64,000 nt of DNA from Candidatus Levybacteria bacterium RIFCSPHIGHO2_01_FULL_37_17 (lineage in GTDB: Bacteria; Patescibacteriota; Microgenomatia; Levybacterales; UBA12049). Position 1 is the first letter of the stretch, and each line of letters opens with the position of its first letter. This document shows positions 39,372-49,453 of this stretch, one piece after another. The notes below the pieces were generated by a model, which saw only the letters and a program-made list of their open reading frames with translations, had not been told where the DNA came from and did not search any database. The stretch spans positions 188,865 through 252,864 of the forward strand of contig MFNL01000002.1 in NCBI GenBank assembly GCA_001782035.1, given 5' to 3'. The translations under genes and the position numbers were made by a program.

Positions 39372-39929
39372 TTATGAAGATTTGCGCTGGGCTGGATCTC
39401 TTGGGGGCTCGAATTGGCCAGGCAAAATTTTCATTATATCTACATTAATCTCTCTCTTATTTCCGGCTGTGAACGTAACCGTTTCTCCGGCTTGCCTTCC
39501 ATAAATGGCATTCGCCAAAGGCTGTCCAAGGTGTATTGCCCTTAGAATTCCCCCGTCATACTTTCCAAGCATATGATAGTCCTCCATTGTTTCTTCTCCT
39601 TCATACTTTATTACCACAGTGTTTCCTAATTTTACTCTGTCTGTCTGTTGACGTGGATTAAGAAGTCTTGCGTTCTTAAGAATGTTTTCAAGCTTGGAAA
39701 CATTGGCAGTTGTCTCGTAAAGGTCTCTAAGGGAAAGCGATGCTGCAGCTTGATCTCTGTAGTCTTCGTGAACCGGAACACGCTCTCGCCTTACTTCTAT
39801 TAATCTCTTTCTCTCTTGAGCAAGTTCTTGCTCAAGTCTGTCAAAGGTTGCTTGAGTCATTAAGTCCTCTGTTTTCTTAAGTGCCTGCTCAATTGCGTTT
39901 GATCTATCTTGTGAGTCTCTTCTTTCCAT
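39372..39929 (-). CDS. greA: GreA/GreB-family transcription elongation factor
   Basis: N-terminal coiled coil and a C-terminal FKBP-like domain. Confidence 0.7.
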   Translation of the reverse strand: MERRDSQDRSNAIEQALKKTEDLMTQATFDRLEQELAQERKRLIEVRRERVPVHEDYRDQAAASLSLRDLYETTANVSKLENILKNARLLNPRQQTDRVKLGNTVVIKYEGEETMEDYHMLGKYDGGILRAIHLGQPLANAIYGRQAGETVTFTAGNKREINVDIMKILPGQFEPPRDPAQRKSS

Positions 39930-39975
39930 AACAAAGCGGATTCTACTATATCAAACTATAAATGTCAAAGGGGAA

Positions 39976-40530
39976 TTAAATAGACATTAGCTCTTGCTCT
40001 TTTTGCTTTCCTAAATTGTCAATTTGGGAAATTGTCTCATCAGTTAATCTTTGGGCTTCTTTTTCAAGTCTTGCTTTATCATCTTCGGAGATTTCCTTGT
40101 CATTAAACTGTTTTTTTATTTCGTCCATTAATTCGTGCCTTACCTGACGCACTTGAATTCTTCCTCCTTCTAATTTTTGATTGACTAAATGCACAAGTTC
40201 TTGCCGTCTTTCTTCGGACAATGGCGGTATAGAAATTCGAATTAACTGGCCGTCGATAACAGGATTAAAACCAGTCCCCGACTCCTGTATTGCCTTGTGA
40301 ATCTCGCCTATTATAGAACCGTCAAACGGGGTTATTACCAAAGTTTGAGCGTCAATTGCTGCGATTTGAGCAAGCTCCACTACTTTTAATCTTTGTGTTC
40401 CGCCATAGGCAGCTACAACAAGGTTTTCAACTAAAGCAGGACTTGCCTTACCTGCCCGAACTGTTGCCAAATCGGCCTTGATTACATCAAGCACCGCATT
40501 CATTTTTTGAGATGAAGAATCCAAATTCAT
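39976..40530 (-). CDS. frr: Ribosome recycling factor
   Basis: Alignment along the whole RRF-like sequence. Confidence 0.9.
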   Translation of the reverse strand: MNLDSSSQKMNAVLDVIKADLATVRAGKASPALVENLVVAAYGGTQRLKVVELAQIAAIDAQTLVITPFDGSIIGEIHKAIQESGTGFNPVIDGQLIRISIPPLSEERRQELVHLVNQKLEGGRIQVRQVRHELMDEIKKQFNDKEISEDDKARLEKEAQRLTDETISQIDNLGKQKEQELMSI

Positions 40531-40707
40531 TGAAGAAATAATACCAAATAAACAGAAAGAATGCGAGGTTTGGAATTTTCGAAAGGATACTCGAGCTAAC
40601 AGAAGTAGATACGAACTAAAAGAAGTTTATGAACAAATCGGAGAACCGAATTAAAACAAAATTAGCGAGCGTAGACTTGTAGAAAATTACGAGGCTAGCA
40701 GTCTTTC

Positions 40708-41154
40708 CTAAACTTCAAATCTTTGAATTTCGGCAACTGTAATATTTTCTCCGAGTTTTGCAATTGCGCTCTTAATTAAATCTGAAATTTTAATTCCAGG
40801 TTCTCTTATATATTCCTGCTCCATTAAGCTGTCTACGTCTTTTGGGTTTAACGCCGCAACTTGCATAGCCAGCTCATGTGCCAGGTGTTTAAAATCTTCG
40901 GTTCTTGCTACAAAATCTGTTTCACACAAAAGCACTACAACGCTGCCAATTTTGCCGTTTTGATGAACATAAGACTCAACCAAACCCTGTGCAGTTTCTC
41001 TTTCAGCCTTTTTTTCTGCCTTTTCAATGCCATGTTTTTTAAGCCACTCCAAGGCTTTTTTTTCATCATCTCCCGTTTCTTCCAATGCAGCTCTTATATC
41101 TGCAATCGAAACACCTGTTTGGTTTCTTAATTTTTTTAAAAGTTTTATATCCAT
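40708..41154 (-). CDS. tsf: Elongation factor Ts (short form)
   Basis: UBA-like N-terminus (LRNQTGVSIADIRAAL) and a TDFVA core motif. Length 148 aa. Confidence 0.8.
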   Translation of the reverse strand: MDIKLLKKLRNQTGVSIADIRAALEETGDDEKKALEWLKKHGIEKAEKKAERETAQGLVESYVHQNGKIGSVVVLLCETDFVARTEDFKHLAHELAMQVAALNPKDVDSLMEQEYIREPGIKISDLIKSAIAKLGENITVAEIQRFEV

Positions 41155-42077
41155 TACTTTTTCTCCTTCTTAGTTTTTGTTATTTTTGAACTTTTTGCCG
41201 TTGTTGCAATTTTTGGCGTTGAGCTCTTAGTTTTAAGTTTTAAGTTTTCAGCTTTCTTTGGTTCCTCTTTTGCAGCTTTTGAACTTAAATCTTGAGTTTT
41301 TTTCTTTTCTTTCCCTTCCGAAGCCTCAGCTGAGGAGGGTTTTTCAATTTTTTGCGCTTTTACACCTTCCAAAAATGCGTCAAGAATGTGCTCTACTATT
41401 AAACTTACGCTTCCGACAGCATCGTCATTTGCAGGGATAGGCCAATCAATTAAAAGAGGGTCTGCGTTTGTATCAACAATTGCAACTGTTTCTATGCCGC
41501 GGTTTCTTGCTTCCTTAACCGCCAACTCTTCCAAATGTGAATCAACTATAAATAGAGCTTGAGGCTCTTCTTTCATGCCGGAAATTCCGCCGTACAAAGC
41601 CTCAAGCCTTTGTCTTTCCTTATCAAATTGACCTAATTCCTTTTTGGTATATTTTGCGCTTTCTTCATCACTTTTTAAAAGTTTTTTTAAGTCTTCAAGT
41701 TTTTTTAAGTTCTTAGACACTTCTGAAAAATTAGTAAGCGTTCCGCCAATCCAGCGGTCTGTTACATAAAAAAGGTCTTGAGAATCAATTTTTTTTGAAG
41801 CTTCTATTTCTTTTTTTGTTTTCTTAACTGCATCCTCCACGGTTTGCTTTGCCTGTTTTTTAGTAGAAACAACGAGTAAGCTTGAGCCTTTTTTTCCGAA
41901 TTCTTTGACAAACTCAGAAGCAGCATCTAGCCCTTCTTTGGTTTTTGCCAAGTCAATAATTTGGATTCCTTCTCTTGCCTCGAAAACAAAATCCCTTGCT
42001 TTTGGGTTGCTTCGTATTACTTGATGGCCGAAGTGGCATCCTGCCTCAAGAAGTTCTTCAAGTGTAATTTCTCTCAT
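41154..42077 (-). CDS. rpsB: 30S ribosomal protein S2 with Lys-rich C-terminal extension
   Basis: LLEAGCHFGHQ S2 motif. Confidence 0.9.
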   Translation of the reverse strand: MREITLEELLEAGCHFGHQVIRSNPKARDFVFEAREGIQIIDLAKTKEGLDAASEFVKEFGKKGSSLLVVSTKKQAKQTVEDAVKKTKKEIEASKKIDSQDLFYVTDRWIGGTLTNFSEVSKNLKKLEDLKKLLKSDEESAKYTKKELGQFDKERQRLEALYGGISGMKEEPQALFIVDSHLEELAVKEARNRGIETVAIVDTNADPLLIDWPIPANDDAVGSVSLIVEHILDAFLEGVKAQKIEKPSSAEASEGKEKKKTQDLSSKAAKEEPKKAENLKLKTKSSTPKIATTAKSSKITKTKKEKK

Positions 42078-42253
42078 TAATTAATGTCCTTTCTGCTTCT
42101 AGCGAAGCATTCCACCATTCGGACTTTTAACTTTACGAACTTTATGAACTATAAAACCCGTACAGGACACTGTACCGAATGTGAGTGATCCAAGAATTAT
42201 ACAAAAAGTAAGGTATGTTTGCAACAGAGCTAGCTTTTCTATAAAATTAGGAA

Positions 42254-42898
42254 GTGAAATTTATTCCTCTCAAAACCGCAGCCCTTATTGTTTTTCTGGC
42301 AGTACTTGCAGGCATACTATATTATATAGCGCTTCTTCCCCAAAAGCCCAAAGTTAATGAAAACGCTTCAGAAGTAAAAACAGCGGCAACTACATTATCT
42401 GTAGAAAACACCAAAAGGGCCACAGACGGTAAATATTATTCAAATGTCTTAATCAATACAAACGGAAACAGTGTTACTTCGCTGCAGCTTGAATTTTCAT
42501 TTGATAATAATTTCTTGGAGTCTGTTGAAATCAAAAACGGAACTTTTTTCAAAGAAGCAGTTGATATTGTTAAAAAAATAGACCAGGAAAACGGAAGAAT
42601 AACTTACGCGTTTGGAGTATCAGCCGGGCAGGATGGAGCCTCAGGCAAAGGAGTAATTGCAACAATTTATTACAGCCCGATTGACCCTGCTAAAGAAACC
42701 ATAACTGCAATTAAATTTTTGCCAAAAACAGAAGTTAGCGCCTGGGATTTTTCTGGAAGCGCATTATCCGGTACATTTGACGGAATAGTAAGTATTTCCG
42801 CAGCTACCCCCACGAAAGCTCCGACTCCAACTTTTGTACCATTTACTCCGACTCCAACACCAGAAGGCTTTGTGCCACCCCCAGGCTTTACACAATAG
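42254..42898 (+). CDS. Membrane-anchored secreted protein, cohesin-like domain with Pro/Thr-rich tail
   Basis: N-terminal TM helix, a beta-rich cohesin-like body and a TPTKAPTPTFVPFTPTPTP tail. Confidence 0.35.
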   Translation: MKFIPLKTAALIVFLAVLAGILYYIALLPQKPKVNENASEVKTAATTLSVENTKRATDGKYYSNVLINTNGNSVTSLQLEFSFDNNFLESVEIKNGTFFKEAVDIVKKIDQENGRITYAFGVSAGQDGASGKGVIATIYYSPIDPAKETITAIKFLPKTEVSAWDFSGSALSGTFDGIVSISAATPTKAPTPTFVPFTPTPTPEGFVPPPGFTQ

Positions 42899-42972
42899 AA
42901 ATAGATAATAGAAGATTGATGCTAGAGGTTAGATGTTGAAGTTGGAAAATAGATACTCGATAATAATCTAAA

Positions 42973-43335
42973 GTGATTAAAACGTTTCGAGACCTCGAAG
43001 TTTATAAAGAATCTTACGATTTGATGCTAATTGTTCACAAAGCACTTAGAACTTTACCTGTTTTTGAAAGAAATGAACTGGCTTCTCAAATAAGACGTGC
43101 TTCTAAATCTTGTCCTGCAAATATTGCAGAAGGCTGGGCCAAAAGAAGATTCGAAAAAGAATTTAAGCATCACTTAGATAGCGCTTTGGGATCTGCAAAT
43201 GAAATGGAAGTGCATATAGAAACTGCAAGAGATTTAAACTACTGGCGAAAAGATTTCTGCGAGAAGTTACTTGATCGATATCAAAAATTAGGCGGAAAAC
43301 TGACTAACTTACAGCGTAATTGGAAAACCTTCTAG
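42973..43335 (+). CDS. Four-helix-bundle protein (23S rRNA intervening-sequence protein family)
   Basis: EVYKESYDL...ASQIRRAS.S...NIAEG motifs typical of the family. Free-standing here. Confidence 0.7.
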   Translation: MIKTFRDLEVYKESYDLMLIVHKALRTLPVFERNELASQIRRASKSCPANIAEGWAKRRFEKEFKHHLDSALGSANEMEVHIETARDLNYWRKDFCEKLLDRYQKLGGKLTNLQRNWKTF

Positions 43336-43413
43336 GTTCTATCTTCAACCATCAAATTCCAGCTTCGAGCTTCCAGTTTCTATCGTCAAATAAATGTGTG
43401 CTATTATTAAGTT

Positions 43414-44061
43414 ATGCCGGATTCTGCCCAGATAGAACAAGAGCTACAACAAAGACAAGGTGTTGCTAAAGAAGACACACTTCCTCCTGTTGAAAATAAA
43501 GACTTACAATATGTCCCAACGACTCAACAGGTTTTGTATGCCCCGCCCAAGGTGCCATTCTCTCAAAAATATTTAGTTCCGGTTTGGAACGTATTAAAGC
43601 TATTTATCCCCGAAGTTATTATATTTACAGTTTTTATTCTTATTTTTGCCTACGCTTTAAATTATTTTAATTTCATTCCTCTATCGACAATGTATCCAAA
43701 GTATTTTTCAATCTTGCCTCACCGCTACGATGGCGAGGGAAATACTAAGAAGCTTTCAGACATAAAATACTCATCGGATTTAGACGGTTACCGAATGCAA
43801 GCAACTTTTTATAAGGCAGACACAGAAAGAATTTCAGTTTTACACAAAGGTAAATACGTAGAGCTTTTGCGAGGGCCCGAGCTTTCCTGTAACACACAGA
43901 CTACAAAAAAAATATCACAAACAGAAACGGAAACTTTAGATAACCCGGCATTTTGCAGCGATGTATTGTCTGACAAAAGCAATGGTAAAAAAGTAGACAT
44001 TACTTTTAAAAGAAGTTCCGACAAAAGCAATCTAGTAAACTACATCATAATTCTTCAATAA
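43414..44061 (+). CDS. Hypothetical single-TM protein
   Basis: An ORF with one TM helix. Confidence 0.3.
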   Translation: MPDSAQIEQELQQRQGVAKEDTLPPVENKDLQYVPTTQQVLYAPPKVPFSQKYLVPVWNVLKLFIPEVIIFTVFILIFAYALNYFNFIPLSTMYPKYFSILPHRYDGEGNTKKLSDIKYSSDLDGYRMQATFYKADTERISVLHKGKYVELLRGPELSCNTQTTKKISQTETETLDNPAFCSDVLSDKSNGKKVDITFKRSSDKSNLVNYIIILQ

Positions 44062-44146
44062 AATTCTAATATTGGTGGGTAAAATAATTGTTCGAAATTC
44101 TGTACTTTAGGTTCAAAATAGTCAAACTATGAGTCTATTTTGCCAC

Positions 44147-44175
44147 TTGACAAGAAATTTTCCTTATAGTAATAT
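44147..44175 (+). promoter_or_regulatory. Consensus-like sigma-70 promoter for the surface-protein gene block
   Basis: TTGACA (44147..44152), a 17-nt spacer and TAATAT (44170..44175). The ATG at 44185 is only ~9 nt downstream. Confidence 0.5.
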
Positions 44176-44184
44176 GGGATAGAT

Positions 44185-44862
44185 ATGCATAAGGAACGAT
44201 TATCTCCTTGGAAAGCAGCGGCTGGAGCAGCTGTTTTTTTATTGGCTGAGGCATGCGGAAGCAATGTTCCTACTACACCAAATCCTACCAGAACACCGGA
44301 GGCAACCCCCTCCCCTGTTCCATCTTTAGTTGTAACACCAACACCTGAAGTTACACCAAGCCCATTTATTACACCAAGCCCATCACCCGAAATCACACCC
44401 TCACCCACTCCAGAAATTACACCAACACCTGAAGCTACACCAATACCAATTGATGCGTTAATCAACCAGATTATCGCCGATGCCGAACAAAACGGCTGGC
44501 CAACAGTTTCTAAGCAAGACGTAACCGACAGCATTAATAATGCCTATGAAAATGATCCCGAAGCAGCAGCGATAATTAATCCAGAAAATAATACTTTAGA
44601 AAGTGAAGTGGTAAATAATATTTGGAATACGTGTTCAAGAGACCCTGATCCGGCTGTAAAAAGGCAGGTTTGCGCAGTACTTTTTGGACATGCGTATTGG
44701 AAAGGGTTCAGTATAGATGAAAATAGTATTTGGATACAAGATCCTCAAGGGGGAAACAATGCTACGCTACCTAATATCGTTTATTTTACGCATGAAATTT
44801 TAAACTCTCAGGATTTTGAAACTTTTACGAGTATCGCATCGGACCTCGAAAATCCTTTTTAA
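44185..44862 (+). CDS. Putative lipoprotein with Pro/Thr-rich tandem repeats
   Basis: Signal peptide with an LAEAC lipobox-like cysteine, followed by a (T/S)P(E/S)(V/I)TP repeat block. Confidence 0.4.
   Translation: MHKERLSPWKAAAGAAVFLLAEACGSNVPTTPNPTRTPEATPSPVPSLVVTPTPEVTPSPFITPSPSPEITPSPTPEITPTPEATPIPIDALINQIIADAEQNGWPTVSKQDVTDSINNAYENDPEAAAIINPENNTLESEVVNNIWNTCSRDPDPAVKRQVCAVLFGHAYWKGFSIDENSIWIQDPQGGNNATLPNIVYFTHEILNSQDFETFTSIASDLENPF
44281..44455 (+). repeat. Imperfect tandem nucleotide repeats encoding the Pro/Thr-rich linker
   Basis: Reiterated acaccaacacctgaag / acaccaagccca units. Confidence 0.45.
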
Positions 44863-44904
44863 CGCTTGACAAAAACCTCGATTTTCTCTTAATCTAATTA
44901 TGAG

Positions 44905-45624
44905 GTGTTAAATTTGCTTCTTAATAAAAGGATAGTCATTCTATCTGTTTCTCTCGCTGTAGTTCTTCTTTTTATAACAGCTACGATTTATGTACTAAAT
45001 ATGAAAACTACTGGATCTCCCCTTATGGGTTACGAGAGTCTAAAAAATAAAATTCAGGCCGCGAAAAAAATAAATAGTGTCTCTAATCATTCAAGTTTTA
45101 ATACAATGCTCGAACTGATAGCAAGTTTAGATAATGAAAATTTAACCAAAGAACAACAACTAAGTCGGGTTCGTTTGGCTTGGGGCTACTTATTTGACAC
45201 TTATTCAGAAACCAATAACCACGAGCTATATAATCTTTCCAAAGAATACAAAAAATTTGGAGAAGCAAATTTCAACGATTTTAAAATTAACGTTCAGTGC
45301 TTAGATCCAGATTGTGCGGAAACTCCAACATCACAAGAAATTCTTGGAATAATAGAAGAGATAAACACTAGTACCGTTGCAGCGAATTTCAAAACAAGTT
45401 ACGTGCAGGATCTAAAAACTTTCAGCTATATTAATAACTCACAAGCAGAAGTAAAAGTGAAAAATTACCTAACTTTAGCAGATTCCATCAAGGTAAATGA
45501 GGAGTTCATCAAGGCTGGAAATAACCTAATAATTTATGACCAAATTAGGCAATATGTACAGAAAAACTATCCAGAACTTTATAAAAAATGGGCCAACCAT
45601 GTGTTTATCGGCAATACGCAGTAA
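44905..45624 (+). CDS. Hypothetical N-terminally anchored protein
   Basis: GTG start with an N-terminal TM helix. Confidence 0.3.
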   Translation: MLNLLLNKRIVILSVSLAVVLLFITATIYVLNMKTTGSPLMGYESLKNKIQAAKKINSVSNHSSFNTMLELIASLDNENLTKEQQLSRVRLAWGYLFDTYSETNNHELYNLSKEYKKFGEANFNDFKINVQCLDPDCAETPTSQEILGIIEEINTSTVAANFKTSYVQDLKTFSYINNSQAEVKVKNYLTLADSIKVNEEFIKAGNNLIIYDQIRQYVQKNYPELYKKWANHVFIGNTQ

Positions 45625-45676
45625 AAATATCTTGAAATTCAAAAACAAATCCATCAAAAAAAATCTAGGAAGCAAA

Positions 45677-46183
45677 ATGCTAATTGTTGTTTTGCTAGTA
45701 ATTATTTTGGTGGAATTTTCATTTATCGTTGGCGGTAGAAAACTAGATTTTTTCTCTACGATCCAAATTGGACAGCAGCTAACACCCACACCATATCTAA
45801 ATCCCGCATTTAACACGGACAGTCTTTCCATGCTTACATATTGGCAAAAAGGAGTAGTTAGCTCGGCAAAAACCACAACGGAGTTGAAAGGTACTATAAT
45901 TAAAATTGATACTAACGGGAAAGTCAGTGAACACGGATGGCCTGCTTTTAATTACGCATTAAAAATTAGAATACAAGGCGAAAACGGTGATGGAAACGAT
46001 ATTTTTATAAGCCCTAATGAATTACAAAAAACAGCTTTTAATAAAATGATGACGGACGGCATTAAAATTCCAATTAGTAGTGAAGATTTAAAAATAAACG
46101 ACAAAATACAAGTTTTTCTGACTTTCGATTTAACAAAGGATTTTAGAAATAATTTTGATAAAGCAGAAATAATACAACTTTAA
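45677..46183 (+). CDS. Hypothetical N-terminally anchored protein
   Basis: Internal Met start (MLIVVLLVIIL) in the 45536 frame. Confidence 0.25.
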   Translation: MLIVVLLVIILVEFSFIVGGRKLDFFSTIQIGQQLTPTPYLNPAFNTDSLSMLTYWQKGVVSSAKTTTELKGTIIKIDTNGKVSEHGWPAFNYALKIRIQGENGDGNDIFISPNELQKTAFNKMMTDGIKIPISSEDLKINDKIQVFLTFDLTKDFRNNFDKAEIIQL

Positions 46184-49100
46184 TGATGAAAAATAAAATT
46201 ATTACGTTTTTTCTTTTCCTCTTAACATTCTTGATTTATAGTTTTTTTGTACTATCCCCAAAATCTACTAATGCGGTTTTGGTTGAGGGTGGAACTAGCG
46301 GAGGCGGAACAAGTGGAAACACAAAAATTTGCATTTCTAACTACAATAGCGGGACATCATGGGAAGTAAAGTTAATCTATACTGACGTTTCTACGGGCGA
46401 TACATATAAACCAAGGCTTTATAGCGGATATGGTTATTGCGATAATGATTTTCAACCAGGTACTCTATACGACAGTAATGATCGATTACAATGGCTAACT
46501 GCGTGCGTAGATCCAATATCTAATATAAAAGCAAATATAAATGTCTCTTGTCGAAGCTATGATGCGTACAATACTGGCGAGTGTAAAAATATTGTTGGTG
46601 ACGAAAACTCTATAAGCTGTGGCCAAGCTTATGGCGCATGTGGTGGACCCTATGATTACCCGGTTCCTGGTGCCGGCAGCGCAGGCTCATATTCTGACTG
46701 GGCAGAGGGCTATGGACAAGTTGCTTTTGGCACATGTCCGATTCCAAATGACCACCCTGGGCTAAAAACAAGCGCGAGTTATAATAATTTCCGGTGTGCA
46801 TACCAAGGAAATGTAAGTCGTCCAGATAAAGTCGGCTGTAGAAATAGTTGTCATTACCAGGACTGTACGAGTGGAGGTAACTGGAGAGAGGATAGAAACT
46901 CTCCCAAGTGCGATTCAGTGCCTGGTTGTGGAGCACCACCTTGTACTGCGCCGGGGACGCCAAGTGGATTTTCCGAAAGCAGCAGCTGTAATTCAAACGA
47001 TCAAGCCAACCTTGCAATAGATTGGAGCAATGTAACCGGCGCAAATTCTTATGACATACGGTGGGGTCCATCTTCGACAAATCTAAACAGCGGAATACTA
47101 GATACGGGCGGCACTTCTGCTTATACAATACCTGCAAGCCAAGTTAACAACAATACCACTTATTACTACCAAGCTCGTGCGACAAAAACCTGCGGGGGCG
47201 GCACCAACGGAAGCTGGAGCTCTGTACAAAGTGGTACAACAAGATCCTGTGTTACTGCTACAAACACACCGACTCCGGTGCCTAGTACAAGGGATTTAGT
47301 TGTATCAGGCTTTACTTTTCCGGGCGGAAATGTAGGATCAAGTGTAAATCCCACTGTAAGGATCAGAAACCAGGGCAACACAGATATTACCGGCAGCTTT
47401 GATGTAAGAGTACGAAGTAAGCAAAATGGAAGCGGCAATAACAGAACGGTTACTATAACAGCTGATATGGCCGGAGGACAAGAAAGAGATATCTCTTCGA
47501 ATTTTACTGGGATGACGCTACCCGTAACAGCTGGAAATTACACTGCCGATGCAACGGTTGACTCAGGAAGTGACATTAGCGAGTCAAACGAGAGCAATAA
47601 CACTGCAACCGATGCGTATAGCACAACCGAGGCCTTATCAAGTATTTATGTTAATGCGTATAATGATCCAACAGGAAATTGCAGTGGAACAACCAGAGTA
47701 GCCGGCGCAAGAGTTAGCATGGATGGCGGACAGTCTCAATCTGTTGCTGCAACAAATCCTGGATATACTTATTCAAATGTTTCTGCAGGAACACATACTC
47801 TAAATCTCACACCTCCAACAAACTACAATCTTGCGTCTTGCAGCAGTAACCCTAAAAGTCGAACCGTTCCTCCTAATGCAACTGTAAATTATTATGTTCA
47901 GCAAGACCCGCCTGAATGCACAAGCTTAACTACAAGCAGAAGCTCTGTTAACCCCGGTCAAAACGCGACATTAACTGTAAACGGCTGTCCGGCAAACGTA
48001 AACTATACATGGTATACACCAGGCCCCGGCACTTTCTCGGGACAATCTAATAATACAATCGTCTGGAACTCGCCAAATCCATATTACACTGATACTTATG
48101 CTTATCCAAGCGTTATGGTCTGTTTCAGCGGCGGAGGCTCATGTTCGGCTTATGCCTTATCTAACGGCTCTGCAACCAGCAATCCACCATTACAAGGAAT
48201 TCATATAGTTCCGCTTTTTAGCGTTACAGGAAATCTGTTTGAGGATGTTGCTAATTCTCAAAGTAAAGGGGCACAAAGTAATTTTGCGGGCAGCTTTACC
48301 ATAACAAGAAACCCTGCAGTAGGCGCAGTAACAACTTACCAAGACGCCCGAGTTCCAAATTATAGAATAGATAATTTAACTCCCGGAAGCTACACGGTTT
48401 CCCTAAATCCGGTTCCTTCCGGCTATAGCGTAACCTACCCGCTTAACGGACCGCCCCCAAGCTTTAACATTACAGTTGGAGCAGGCTGCAGCGAGAATTC
48501 ACTTGATGCAAGCTGCGACGTAAACGGAAATATTAATGGCCTTAACTTTGGAGTTACAAATGTTTCGCCCTGGATTCAGGCCGAAGGATCTGACATTAGA
48601 GCATTTTCAGGCTCGTTTATAAATCAGATACCCCCTGGTGCGCCATCTTGTGGAAGTTTTTCCAACTTGGATAATGCGACAAGCGGAACACCGGGGTTAA
48701 TATTCTCAAGCGGATCACAAGACCACCAAAGCGGAGCTGTTTCGAGCAAAAACTGGAAAGTAACAGGCTCAAGCTACGACTGCTCTGGCTCCAAAACTAC
48801 CTACAGCTATATTAAAAATATAGTAACAAATAATGGAATTACACCACAAAGCCTGCCAGGATGCGTGTCTTCGGGCAACGATGTAAACTGTAACACAGCT
48901 TCTTGGGGAAGCCTCGCCAATGGCGTATATGAAGTAAACGTGCCAAACGGAACAGTTAATATAAATGGAAGCGGATATACCTTCCCTACCGGTAAGGACT
49001 ACGTAATTTTAGTTAACGGAAAAATAAAAATAAATGAGGAGATTCACGTTCCTAATACTTCCACTGCTACTTTTGCATCTACTAATGACCTAACTATTGC

Positions 49101-49395
49101 AGGCTCAATTGGTGTACCCTCTCCTTTTACTTCTAAAGCGACAAATCTGGAGGGCTGGTATACAACTCAAGGAAGGGTAATTTTGGAAAATACAAACTCC
49201 TGCCCCACTGCTTCTCCAAGACTAAATGTCGGTGGAGCAATAGTTGCCTGCGGCGGATTTACAAACGAGCGAAACCTTTGCGGAGGAAATGCCCAGTGCC
49301 CGTCTTTCTACATTAAAGAGCGAGTTGACTTTATACTTAACGCACCGGAATTTTTAATGCCCACACGCAGGGTCTACCAAGAAGTCGCCCCATAG
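46183..49395 (+). CDS. Giant (1070 aa) Cys-rich secreted surface protein with FN3-like and CARDB-like domains
   Basis: Signal anchor, a Cys-rich N-terminal region, a SYDIRWG...YYYQARA FN3-like segment, a CARDB-like segment (VSGFTFPGGNVGSSVNPTVRIRNQG) and many N-x-S/T sites. Confidence 0.5.
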   Translation: MMKNKIITFFLFLLTFLIYSFFVLSPKSTNAVLVEGGTSGGGTSGNTKICISNYNSGTSWEVKLIYTDVSTGDTYKPRLYSGYGYCDNDFQPGTLYDSNDRLQWLTACVDPISNIKANINVSCRSYDAYNTGECKNIVGDENSISCGQAYGACGGPYDYPVPGAGSAGSYSDWAEGYGQVAFGTCPIPNDHPGLKTSASYNNFRCAYQGNVSRPDKVGCRNSCHYQDCTSGGNWREDRNSPKCDSVPGCGAPPCTAPGTPSGFSESSSCNSNDQANLAIDWSNVTGANSYDIRWGPSSTNLNSGILDTGGTSAYTIPASQVNNNTTYYYQARATKTCGGGTNGSWSSVQSGTTRSCVTATNTPTPVPSTRDLVVSGFTFPGGNVGSSVNPTVRIRNQGNTDITGSFDVRVRSKQNGSGNNRTVTITADMAGGQERDISSNFTGMTLPVTAGNYTADATVDSGSDISESNESNNTATDAYSTTEALSSIYVNAYNDPTGNCSGTTRVAGARVSMDGGQSQSVAATNPGYTYSNVSAGTHTLNLTPPTNYNLASCSSNPKSRTVPPNATVNYYVQQDPPECTSLTTSRSSVNPGQNATLTVNGCPANVNYTWYTPGPGTFSGQSNNTIVWNSPNPYYTDTYAYPSVMVCFSGGGSCSAYALSNGSATSNPPLQGIHIVPLFSVTGNLFEDVANSQSKGAQSNFAGSFTITRNPAVGAVTTYQDARVPNYRIDNLTPGSYTVSLNPVPSGYSVTYPLNGPPPSFNITVGAGCSENSLDASCDVNGNINGLNFGVTNVSPWIQAEGSDIRAFSGSFINQIPPGAPSCGSFSNLDNATSGTPGLIFSSGSQDHQSGAVSSKNWKVTGSSYDCSGSKTTYSYIKNIVTNNGITPQSLPGCVSSGNDVNCNTASWGSLANGVYEVNVPNGTVNINGSGYTFPTGKDYVILVNGKIKINEEIHVPNTSTATFASTNDLTIAGSIGVPSPFTSKATNLEGWYTTQGRVILENTNSCPTASPRLNVGGAIVACGGFTNERNLCGGNAQCPSFYIKERVDFILNAPEFLMPTRRVYQEVAP

Positions 49396-49453
49396 GCAGT
49401 AGACAATATGCAGTAGATAGTAGACAGCTAATTTTGGTATAATATCTTCTACC

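Noticed and set aside
44281-44455. Regular short tandem repeats that might look like a CRISPR or minisatellite array
   Set aside because: The repeats are in-frame coding repeats for a Pro/Thr linker. They have no spacer/repeat periodicity of 28-37 nt, and no cas genes are present.
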